The notes below the pieces were generated by a model, which was not told where the DNA came from, searched no databases, and saw only the letters and a list, made by a program, of their open reading frames with translations. DNA of 64,000 bases from Eledone cirrhosa (taxonomy: Eukaryota). This document shows positions 1 through 12,100 of the stretch, in pieces (position 1 is the first letter of the stretch; each line of letters opens with the position of its first letter). Both the position numbers and the translations under genes were made by a program. Location: assembly GCA_964016885.1 (NCBI GenBank), contig OZ024743.1, forward strand, positions 234,298,001 through 234,362,000, given 5' to 3'.

Positions 1-90
1 CATTGGCTATGTGTGGCGTGAATTTCAGCAAGATATCTCCGTAAAATCAATAGTTGTGGCTGTGGAACCAAACCGTGTTAAACGTCAACA

Positions 91-157
91 AAGTCCGCCG
101 GCGAATGGTGTGCTTCGAAGAAAACGAATCCAAAAATGACGATTTGCCGGCGGAGTT
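91..157. repeat. Intra-monomer imperfect inverted repeat (16-bp arms, 35-nt loop), present in each monomer
   Basis: 91-106 AAGTCCGCCGGCGAAT versus the reverse complement of 142-157 (AACTCCGCCGGCAAAT) matches 14/16, or 15/16 in G103A copies. Confidence 0.85.
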
Positions 158-3100
158 ACCTTTTCAATCGCGGGCCGGCCGCCCGTGGTCGGATCGATCT
201 GTAATTACTGGTACATGTGCAGACACTCATTGGCTATGTGTGGCGTGAATTTCAGCAAGATATCTCCGTAAAATCAATAGTTGTGGTTGTGGAACCAAAC
301 CGTGTTAAACGTCAGCAAAGTCCGCCGGCGAATGGTGTGCTTCGAAGAAAACGAATCCAAAAATGACGATTTGCCGGCGGAGTTACCTTTTCAATCGCGG
401 GCCGGCCGCCCGTGGTCGGATCGATCTGTAATTACTGGTACATGTGCAGACACTCATTGGCTATGGGTGGCGTGAATTTCAGCAAGATATCTCCGTAAAA
501 TCAATAGTTGTGGCTGTGGAACCAAACCGTGTTAAACGTCAACAAAGTCCGCCGGCGAATGGTGTGCTTCGAAGAAAACGAATCCAAAAATGACGATTTG
601 CCGGCGGAGTTACCTTTTCAATCGCGGGCCGGCCGCCCGTGGTCGGATCGATCTGTAATTACTGGTACATGTGCAGACACTCATTGGCTATGTGTGGCGT
701 GAATTTCAGCAAGATATCTCCGTAAAATCAATAGTTGTGGCTGTGGAACCAAACCGTGTTAAACGTCAGCAAAGTCCGCCGGCGAATGGTGTGCTTCGAA
801 GAAAACGAATCCAAAAATGACGATTTGCCGGCGGAGTTAGCTTTTCAATCGCGGGCCGGCCGCCCGTGGTCGGATCGATCTGTAATTACTGGTAGATGTG
901 CAGACACTCATTGGCTATGGGTGGCGTGAATTTCAGCAAGATATCTCCGTAAAATCAATAGTTGTGGCTGTGGAACCAAACCGTGTTAAACGTCAGCAAA
1001 GTCCGACGGCGAATGGTGTGCTTCGAAGAAAACGAATCCAAAAATGACGATTTGCCGGCGGAGTTACCTTTTCAATCGCGGGCCGGCCGCCCGTGGTCGG
1101 ATCGATCTGTAATTACTGGTACATGTGCAGACACTCATTGGCTATGGGTGGCGTGAATTTCAGCAAGATATCTCCGTAAAATCAATAGTTGTGGCTGTGG
1201 AACCAAACCGTGTTAAACGTCAACAAAGTCCGCCGGCGAATGGTGTGCTTCGAAGAAAACGAATCCAAAAATGACGATTTGCCGGCGGAGTTACCTTTTC
1301 AATCGCGGGCCGGCCGCCCGTGGTCGGATCGATCTGTAATTACTGGTACATGTGCAGACACTCATTGGCTATGTGTGGCGTGAATTTCAGCAAGATATCT
1401 CCGTAAAATCAATAGTTGTGGTTGTGGAACCAAACCGTGTTAAACGTCAGCAAAGTCCGCCGGCGAATGGTGTGCTTCGAAGAAAACGAATCCAAAAATG
1501 ACGATTTGCCGGCGGAGTTACCTTTTCAATCGCGGGCCGGCCGCCCGTGGTCGGATCGATCTGTAATTACTGGTACATGTGCAGACACTCATTGGCTATG
1601 GGTGGCGTGAATTTCAGCAAGATATCTCCGTAAAATCAATAGTTGTGGCTGTGGAACCAAACCGTGTTAAACGTCAACAAAGTCCGCCGGCGAATGGTGT
1701 GCTTCGAAGAAAACGAATCCAAAAATGACGATTTGCCGGCGGAGTTACCTTTTCAATCGCGGGCCGGCCGCCCGTGGTCGGATCGATCTGTAATTACTGG
1801 TACATGTGCAGACACTCATTGGCTATGTGTGGCGTGAATTTCAGCAAGATATCTCCGTAAAATCAATAGTTGTGGCTGTGGAACCAAACCGTGTTAAACG
1901 TCAGCAAAGTCCGCCGGCAAATGGTGTGCTTCGAAGAAAACGAATCCAAAAATGACGATTTGCCGGCGGAGTTACCTTTTCAATCGCGGGCCGGCCGCCC
2001 GTGGTCGGATCGATCTGTAATTACTGGTACATGTGCAGACACTCATTGGCTATGTGTGGCGTGAATTTCAGCAAGATATCTCCGTAAAATCAATAGTTGT
2101 GGTTGTGGAACCAAACCGTGTTAAACGTCAGCAAAGTCCGCCGGCGAATGGTGTGCTTCGAAGAAAACGAATCCAAAAATGACGATTTGCCGGCGGAGTT
2201 ACCTTTTCAATCGCGGGCCGGCCGCCCGTGGTCGGATCGATCTGTAATTACTGGTACATGTGCAGACACTCATTGGCTATGGGTGGCGTGAATTTCAGCA
2301 AGATATCTCCGTAAAATCAATAGTTGTGGCTGTGGAACCAAACCGTGTTAAACGTCAACAAAGTCCGCCGGCGAATGGTGTGCTTCGAAGAAAACGAATC
2401 CAAAAATGACGATTTGCCGGCGGAGTTACCTTTTCAATCGCGGGCCGGCCGCCCGTGGTCGGATCGATCTGTAATTACTGGTACATGTGCAGACACTCAT
2501 TGGCTATGTGTGGCGTGAATTTCAGCAAGATATCTCCGTAAAATCAATAGTTGTGGCTGTGGAACCAAACCGTGTTAAACGTCAGCAAAGTCCGCCGGCA
2601 AATGGTGTGCTTCGAAGAAAACGAATCCAAAAATGACGATTTGCCGGCGGAGTTACCTTTTCAATCGCGGGCCGGCCGCCCGTGGTCGGATCGATCTGTA
2701 ATTACTGGTACATGTGCAGACACTCATTGGCTATGTGTGGCGTGAATTTCAGCAAGATATCTCCGTAAAATCAATAGTTGTGGCTGTGGAACCAAACCGT
2801 GTTAAACGTCAGCAAAGTCCGCCGGCGAATGGTGTGCTTCGAAGAAAACGAATCCAAAAATGACGATTTGCCGGCGGAGTTACCTTTTCAATCGCGGCCC
2901 GGCCGCCCGTGGTCGGATCGATCTGTAATTACTGGTACATGTGCAGACACTCATTGGCTATGTGTGGCGTGAATTTCAGCAAGATATCTCCGTAAAATCA
3001 ATAGTTGTGGCTGTGGAACCAAACCGTGTTAAACGTCAGCAAAGTCCGCCGGCGAATGGTGTGCTTCGAAGAAAACGAATCCAAAAATGACGATTTGCCG

Positions 3101-6100
3101 GCGGAGTTACCTTTTCAATCGCGGGCCGGCCGCCCGTGGTCGGATCGATCTGTAATTACTGGTAGATGTGCAGACACTCATTGGCTATGGGTGGCGTGAA
3201 TTTCAGCAAGATATCTCCGTAAAATCAATAGATGTGGCTGTGGAACCAAACCGTGTTAAACGTCAGCAAAGTCCGCCGGCGAATGGTGTGCTTCGAAGAA
3301 AACGAATCCAAAAATGACGATTTGCCGGCGGAGTTACCTTTTCAATCGCGGGCCGGCCGCCCGTGGTCGGATCGATCTGTAATTACTGGTACATGTGCAG
3401 ACACTCATTGGCTATGGGTGGCGTGAATTTCAGCAAGATATCTCCGTAAAATCAATAGTTGTGGCTGTGGAACCAAACCGTGTTAAACGTCAACAAAGTC
3501 CGCCGGCGAATGGTGTGCTTCGAAGAAAACGAATCCAAAAATGACGATTTGCCGGCGGAGTTACCTTTTCAATCGCGGGCCGGCCGCCCGTGGTCGGATC
3601 GATCTGTAATTACTGGTACATGTGCAGACACTCATTGGCTATGTGTGGCGTGAATTTCAGCAAGATATCTCCGTAAAATCAATAGTTGTGGTTGTGGAAC
3701 CAAACCGTGTTAAACGTCAGCAAAGTCCGCCGGCGAATGGTGTGCTTCGAAGAAAACGAATCCAAAAATGACGATTTGCCGGCGGAGTTACCTTTTCAAT
3801 CGCGGGCCGGCCGCCCGTGGTCGGATCGATCTGTAATTACTGGTACATGTGCAGACACTCATTGGCTATGGGTGGCGTGAATTTCAGCAAGATATCTCCG
3901 TAAAATCAATAGTTGTGGCTGTGGAACCAAACCGTGTTAAACGTCAACAAAGTCCGCCGGCGAATGGTGTGCTTCGAAGAAAACGAATCCAAAAATGACG
4001 ATTTGCCGGCGGAGTTACCTTTTCAATCGCGGCCCGGCCGCCCGTGGTCGGATCGATCTGTAATTACTGGTACATGTGCAGACACTCATTGGCTATGTGT
4101 GGCGTGAATTTCAGCAAGATATCTCCGTAAAATCAATAGTTGTGGCTGTGGAACCAAACCGTGTTAAACGTCAGCAAAGTCCGCCGGCGAATGGTGTGCT
4201 TCGAAGAAAACGAATCCAAAAATGACGATTTGCCGGCGGAGTTACCTTTTCAATCGCGGGCCGGCCGCCCGTGGTCGGATCGATCTGTAATTACTGGTAG
4301 ATGTGCAGACACTCATTGGCTATGGGTGGCGTGAATTTCAGCAAGATATCTCCGTAAAATCAATAGTTGTGGCTGTGGAACCAAACCGTGTTAAACGTCA
4401 GCAAAGTCCGCCGGCGAATGGTGTGCTTCGAAGAAAACGAATCCAAAAATGACGATTTGCCGGCGGAGTTACCTTTTCAATCGCGGGCCGGCCGCCCGTG
4501 GTCGGATCGATCTGTAATTACTGGTACATGTGCAGACACTCATTGGCTATGGGTGGCGTGAATTTCAGCAAGATATCTCCGTAAAATCAATAGTTGTGGC
4601 TGTGGAACCAAACCGTGTTAAACGTCAACAAAGTCCGCCGGCGAATGGTGTGCTTCGAAGAAAACGAATCCAAAAATGACGATTTGCCGGCGGAGTTACC
4701 TTTTCAATCGCGGGCCGGCCGCCCGTGGTCGGATCGATCTGTAATTACTGGTACATGTGCAGACACTCATTGGCTATGTGTGGCGTGAATTTCAGCAAGA
4801 TATCTCCGTAAAATCAATAGTTGTGGTTGTGGAACCAAACCGTGTTAAACGTCAGCAAAGTCCGCCGGCGAATGGTGTGCTTCGAAGAAAACGAATCCAA
4901 AAATGACGATTTGCCGGCGGAGTTACCTTTTCAATCGCGGGCCGGCCGCCCGTGGTCGGATCGATCTGTAATTACTGGTACATGTGCAGACACTCATTGG
5001 CTATGGGTGGCGTGAATTTCAGCAAGATATCTCCGTAAAATCAATAGTTGTGGCTGTGGAACCAAACCGTGTTAAACGTCAACAAAGTCCGCCGGCGAAT
5101 GGTGTGCTTCGAAGAAAACGAATCCAAAAATGACGATTTGCCGGCGGAGTTACCTTTTCAATCGCGGGCCGGCCGCCCGTGGTCGGATCGATCTGTAATT
5201 ACTGGTACATGTGCAGACACTCATTGGCTATGTGTGGCGTGAATTTCAGCAAGATATCTCCGTAAAATCAATAGTTGTGGCTGTGGAACCAAACCGTGTT
5301 AAACGTCAGCAAAGTCCGCCGGCAAATGGTGTGCTTCGAAGAAAACGAATCCAAAAATGACGATTTGCCGGCGGAGTTACCTTTTCAATCGCGGGCCGGC
5401 CGCCCCTGGTCGGATCGATCTGTAATTACTGGTACATGTGCAGACACTCATTGGCTATGTGTGGCGTGAATTTCAGCAAGATATCTCCGTAAAATCAATA
5501 GTTGTGGCTGTGGAACCAAACCGTGTTAAACGTCAACAAAGTCCGCCGGCGAATGGTGTGCTTCGAAGAAAACGAATCCAAAAATGACGATTTGCCGGCG
5601 GAGTTACCTTTTCAATCGCGGGCCGGCCGCCCGTGGTCGGATCGATCTGTAATTACTGGTACATGTGCAGACACTCATTGGCTATGTGTGGCGTGAATTT
5701 CAGCAAGATATCTCCGTAAAATCAATAGTTGTGGTTGTGGAACCAAACCGTGTTAAACGTCAGCAAAGTCCGCCGGCGAATGGTGTGCTTCGAAGAAAAC
5801 GAATCCAAAAATGACGATTTGCCGGCGGAGTTACCTTTTCAATCGCGGGCCGGCCGCCCGTGGTCGGATCGATCTGTAATTACTGGTACATGTGCAGACA
5901 CTCATTGGCTATGGGTGGCGTGAATTTCAGCAAGATATCTCCGTAAAATCAATAGTTGTGGCTGTGGAACCAAACCGTGTTAAACGTCAACAAAGTCCGC
6001 CGGCGAATGGTGTGCTTCGAAGAAAACGAATCCAAAAATGACGATTTGCCGGCGGAGTTACCTTTTCAATCGCGGGCCGGCCGCCCGTGGTCGGATCGAT

Positions 6101-9100
6101 CTGTAATTACTGGTACATGTGCAGACACTCATTGGCTATGTGTGGCGTGAATTTCAGCAAGATATCTCCGTAAAATCAATAGTTGTGGCTGTGGAACCAA
6201 ACCGTGTTAAACGTCAGCAAAGTCCGCCGGCAAATGGTGTGCTTCGAAGAAAACGAATCCAAAAATGACGATTTGCCGGCGGAGTTACCTTTTCAATCGC
6301 GGGCCGGCCGCCCGTGGTCGGATCGATCTGTAATTACTGGTACATGTGCAGACACTCATTGGCTATGTGTGGCGTGAATTTCAGCAAGATATCTCCGTAA
6401 AATCAATAGTTGTGGCTGTGGAACCAAACCGTGTTAAACGTCAGCAAAGTCCGCCGGCGAATGGTGTGCTTCGAAGAAAACGAATCCAAAAATGACGATT
6501 TGCCGGCGGAGTTACCTTTTCAATCGCGGGCCGGCCGCCCGTGGTCGGATCGATCTGTAATTACTGGTACATGTGCAGACACTCATTGGCTATGGGTGGC
6601 GTGAATTTCAGCAAGATATCTCCGTAAAATCAATTGTTGTGGCTGTGGAACCAAACCGTGTTAAACGTCAACAAAGTCCGCCGGCGAATGGTGTGCTTCG
6701 AAGAAAACGAATCCAAAAATGACGATTTGCCGGCGGAGTTACCTTTTCAATCGCGGGCCGGCCGCCCGTGGTCGGATCGATCTGTAATTACTGGTACATG
6801 TGCAGACACTCATTGGCTATGTGTGGCGTGAATTTCAGCAAGATATCTCCGTAAAATCAATAGTTGTGGCTGTGGAACCAAACCGTGTTAAACGTCAGCA
6901 AAGTCCGCCGGCGAATGGTGTGCTTCGAAGAAAACGAATCCAAAAATGACGATTTGCCGGCGGAGTTACCTTTTCAATCGCGGCCCGGCCGCCCGTGGTC
7001 GGATCGATCTGTAATTACTGGTACATGTGCAGACACTCATTGGCTATGGGTGGCGTGAATTTCAGCAAGATATCTCCGTAAAATCAATAGTTGTGGCTGT
7101 GGAACCAAACCGTGTTAAACGTCAACAAAGTCCGCCGGCGAATGGTGTGCTTCGAAGAAAACGAATCCAAAAATGACGATTTGCCGGCGGAGTTACCTTT
7201 TCAATCGCGGGCCGGCCGCCCGTGGTCGGATCGATCTGTAATTACTGGTACATGTGCAGACACTCATTGGCTATGTGTGGCGTGAATTTCAGCAAGATAT
7301 CTCCGTAAAATCAATAGTTGTGGCTGTGGAACCAAACCGTGTTAAACGTCAGCAAAGTCCGCCGGCAAATGGTGTGCTTCGAAGAAAACGAATCCAAAAA
7401 TGACGATTTGCCGGCGGAGTTACCTTTTCAATCGCGGGCCGGCCGCCCGTGGTCGGATCGATCTGTAATTACTGGTACATGTGCAGACACTCATTGGCTA
7501 TGGGTGGCGTGAATTTCAGCAAGATATCTCCGTAAAATCAATAGTTGTGGCTGTGGAACCAAACCGTGTTAAACGTCAACAAAGTCCGCCGGCGAATGGT
7601 GTGCTTCGAAGAAAACGAATCCAAAAATGACGATTTGCCGGCGGAGTTACCTTTTCAATCGCGGGCCGGCCGCCCATGGTCGGATCGATCTGTAATTACT
7701 GGTACATGTGCAGACACTCATTGGCTATGTGTGGCGTGAATTTCAGCAAGATATCTCCGTAAAATCAATAGTTGTGGTTGTGGAACCAAACCGTGTTAAA
7801 CGTCAGCAAAGTCCGCCGGCGAATGGTGTGCTTCGAAGAAAACGAATCCAAAAATGACGATTTGCCGGCGGAGTTACCTTTTCAATCGCGGGCCGGCCGC
7901 CCGTGGTCGGATCGATCTGTAATTACTGGTACATGTGCAGACACTCATTGGCTATGGGTGGCGTGAATTTCAGCAAGATATCTCCGTAAAATCAATAGTT
8001 GTGGCTGTGGAACCAAACCGTGTTAAACGTCAACAAAGTCCGCCGGCGAATGGTGTGCTTCGAAGAAAACGAATCCAAAAATGACGATTTGCCGGCGGAG
8101 TTACCTTTTCAATCGCGGGCCGGCCGCCCGTGGTCGGATCGATCTGTAATTACTGGTACATGTGCAGACACTCATTGGCTATGTGTGGCGTGAATTTCAG
8201 CAAGATATCTCCGTAAAATCAATAGTTGTGGCTGTGGAACCAAACCGTGTTAAACGTCAACAAAGTCCGCCGGCGAATGGTGTGCTTCGAAGAAAACGAA
8301 TCCAAAAATGACGATTTGCCGGCGGAGTTACCTTTTCAATCGCGGGCCGGCCGCCCATGGTCGGATCGATCTGTAATTACTGGTACATGTGCAGACACTC
8401 ATTGGCTATGTGTGGCGTGAATTTCAGCAAGATATCTCCGTAAAATCAATAGTTGTGGTTGTGGAACCAAACCGTGTTAAACGTCAGCAAAGTCCGCCGG
8501 CGAATGGTGTGCTTCGAAGAAAACGAATCCAAAAATGACGATTTGCCGGCGGAGTTACCTTTTCAATCGCGGGCCGGCCGCCCGTGGTCGGATCGATCTG
8601 TAATTACTGGTACATGTGCAGACACTCATTGGCTATGGGTGGCGTGAATTTCAGCAAGATATCTCCGTAAAATCAATAGTTGTGGCTGTGGAACCAAACC
8701 GTGTTAAACGTCAACAAAGTCCGCCGGCGAATGGTGTGCTTCGAAGAAAACGAATCCAAAAATGACGATTTGCCGGCGGAGTTACCTTTTCAATCGCGGG
8801 CCGGCCGCCCGTGGTCGGATCGATCTGTAATTACTGGTACATGTGCAGACACTCATTGGCTATGTGTGGCGTGAATTTCAGCAAGATATCTCCGTAAAAT
8901 CAATAGTTGTGGCTGTGGAACCAAACCGTGTTAAACGTCAGCAAAGTCCGCCGGCAAATGGTGTGCTTCGAAGAAAACGAATCCAAAAATGACGATTTGC
9001 CGGCGGAGTTACCTTTCCAATCGCGGGCCGGCCGCCCCTGGTCGGATCGATCTGTAATTACTGGTACATGTGCAGACACTCATTGGCTATGTGTGGCGTG

Positions 9101-12100
9101 AATTTCAGCAAGATATCTCCGTAAAATCAATAGTTGTGGCTGTGGAACCAAACCGTGTTAAACGTCAACAAAGTCCGCCGGCGAATGGTGTGCTTCGAAG
9201 AAAACGAATCCAAAAATGACGATTTGCCGGCGGAGTTACCTTTTCAATCGCGGGCCGGCCGCCCGTGGTCGGATCGATCTGTAATTACTGGTACATGTGC
9301 AGACACTCATTGGCTATGTGTGGCGTGAATTTCAGCAAGATATCTCCGTAAAATCAATAGTTGTGGTTGTGGAACCAAACCGTGTTAAACGTCAGCAAAG
9401 TCCGCCGGCGAATGGTGTGCTTCGAAGAAAACGAATCCAAAAATGACGATTTGCCGGCGGAGTTACCTTTTCAATCGCGGGCCGGCCGCCCGTGGTCGGA
9501 TCGATCTGTAATTACTGGTACATGTGCAGACACTCATTGGCTATGGGTGGCGTGAATTTCAGCAAGATATCTCCGTAAAATCAATAGTTGTGGCTGTGGA
9601 ACCAAACCGTGTTAAACGTCAACAAAGTCCGCCGGCGAATGGTGTGCTTCGAAGAAAACGAATCCAAAAATGACGATTTGCCGGCGGAGTTACCTTTTCA
9701 ATCGCGGGCCGGCCGCCCGTGGTCGGATCGATCTGTAATTACTGGTACATGTGCAGACACTCATTGGCTATGTGTGGCGTGAATTTCAGCAAGATATCTC
9801 CGTAAAATCAATAGTTGTGGCTGTGGAACCAAACCGTGTTAAACGTCAGCAAAGTCCGCCGGCAAATGGTGTGCTTCGAAGAAAACGAATCCAAAAATGA
9901 CGATTTGCCGGCGGAGTTACCTTTTCAATCGCGGGCCGGCCGCCCGTGGTCGGATCGATCTGTAATTACTGGTACATGTGCAGACACTCATTGGCTATGT
10001 GTGGCGTGAATTTCAGCAAGATATCTCCGTAAAATCAATAGTTGTGGCTGTGGAACCAAACCGTGTTAAACGTCAGCAAAGTCCGCCGGCGAATGGTGTG
10101 CTTCGAAGAAAACGAATCCAAAAATGACGATTTGCCGGCGGAGTTACCTTTTCAATCGCGGGCCGGCCGCCCGTGGTCGGATCGATCTGTAATTACTGGT
10201 ACATGTGCAGACACTCATTGGCTATGGGTGGCGTGAATTTCAGCAAGATATCTCCGTAAAATCAATAGTTGTGGCTGTGGAACCAAACCGTGTTAAACGT
10301 CAACAAAGTCCGCCGGCGAATGGTGTGCTTCGAAGAAAACGAATCCAAAAATGACGATTTGCCGGCGGAGTTACCTTTTCAATCGCGGGCCGGCCGCCCG
10401 TGGTCGGATCGATCTGTAATTACTGGTACATGTGCAGACACTCATTGGCTATGTGTGGCGTGAATTTCAGCAAGATATCTCCGTAAAATCAATAGTTGTG
10501 GTTGTGGAACCAAACCGTGTTAAACGTCAGCAAAGTCCGCCGGCGAATGGTGTGCTTCGAAGAAAACGAATCCAAAAATGACGATTTGCCGGCGGAGTTA
10601 CCTTTTCAATCGCGGGCCGGCCGCCCGTGGTCGGATCGATCTGTAATTACTGGTACATGTGCAGACACTCATTGGCTATGGGTGGCGTGAATTTCAGCAA
10701 GATATCTCCGTAAAATCAATAGTTGTGGCTGTGGAACCAAACCGTGTTAAACGTCAACAAAGTCCGCCGGCGAATGGTGTGCTTCGAAGAAAACGAATCC
10801 AAAAATGACGATTTGCCGGCGGAGTTACCTTTTCAATCGCGGGCCGGCCGCCCGTGGTCGGATCGATCTGTAATTACTGGTACATGTGCAGACACTCATT
10901 GGCTATGTGTGGCGTGAATTTCAGCAAGATATCTCCGTAAAATCAATAGTTGTGGCTGTGGAACCAAACCGTGTTAAACGTCAGCAAAGTCCGCCGGCAA
11001 ATGGTGTGCTTCGAAGAAAACGAATCCAAAAATGACGATTTGCCGGCGGAGTTACCTTTTCAATCGCGGGCCGGCCGCCCCTGGTCGGATCGATCTGTAA
11101 TTACTGGTACATGTGCAGACACTCATTGGCTATGTGTGGCGTGAATTTCAGCAAGATATCTCCGTAAAATCAATAGTTGTGGCTGTGGAACCAAACCGTG
11201 TTAAACGTCAACAAAGTCCGCCGGCGAATGGTGTGCTTCGAAGAAAACGAATCCAAAAATGACGATTTGCCGGCGGAGTTACCTTTTCAATCGCGGGCCG
11301 GCCGCCCGTGGTCGGATCGATCTGTAATTACTGGTACATGTGCAGACACTCATTGGCTATGTGTGGCGTGAATTTCAGCAAGATATCTCCGTAAAATCAA
11401 TAGTTGTGGTTGTGGAACCAAACCGTGTTAAACGTCAGCAAAGTCCGCCGGCGAATGGTGTGCTTCGAAGAAAACGAATCCAAAAATGACGATTTGCCGG
11501 CGGAGTTACCTTTTCAATCGCGGGCCGGCCGCCCGTGGTCGGATCGATCTGTAATTACTGGTACATGTGCAGACACTCATTGGCTATGGGTGGCGTGAAT
11601 TTCAGCAAGATATCTCCGTAAAATCAATAGTTGTGGCTGTGGAACCAAACCGTGTTAAACGTCAACAAAGTCCGCCGGCGAATGGTGTGCTTCGAAGAAA
11701 ACGAATCCAAAAATGACGATTTGCCGGCGGAGTTACCTTTTCAATCGCGGGCCGGCCGCCCGTGGTCGGATCGATCTGTAATTACTGGTACATGTGCAGA
11801 CACTCATTGGCTATGTGTGGCGTGAATTTCAGCAAGATATCTCCGTAAAATCAATAGTTGTGGCTGTGGAACCAAACCGTGTTAAACGTCAGCAAAGTCC
11901 GCCGGCAAATGGTGTGCTTCGAAGAAAACGAATCCAAAAATGACGATTTGCCGGCGGAGTTACCTTTTCAATCGCGGGCCGGCCGCCCGTGGTCGGATCG
12001 ATCTGTAATTACTGGTACATGTGCAGACACTCATTGGCTATGTGTGGCGTGAATTTCAGCAAGATATCTCCGTAAAATCAATAGTTGTGGCTGTGGAACC

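Noticed and set aside
8-65. Internal subrepeat or telomere-like motif (TGTGGC at 12-17 and 55-60, TGTGG at 61-65)
   Set aside because: The matches are too short to show the monomer arose from a smaller unit, and there are no tandem telomeric repeats or four G-runs for a canonical G-quadruplex.
31-218. Synthetic polylinker or engineered array (EcoRV, SgrAI, BstBI, FseI, EagI, ClaI, PciI sites)
   Set aside because: There is no vector sequence or known operator/601 motif that I recognise, and the layered natural-looking variant history argues against a construct.
1-227. Tandem 5S rRNA, tRNA, snRNA or spliced-leader gene unit
   Set aside because: I see no recognisable 5S conserved blocks, cloverleaf, proper Pol III B-box or known SL exon. 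An Rfam/Infernal scan would be the decisive test and was not run.
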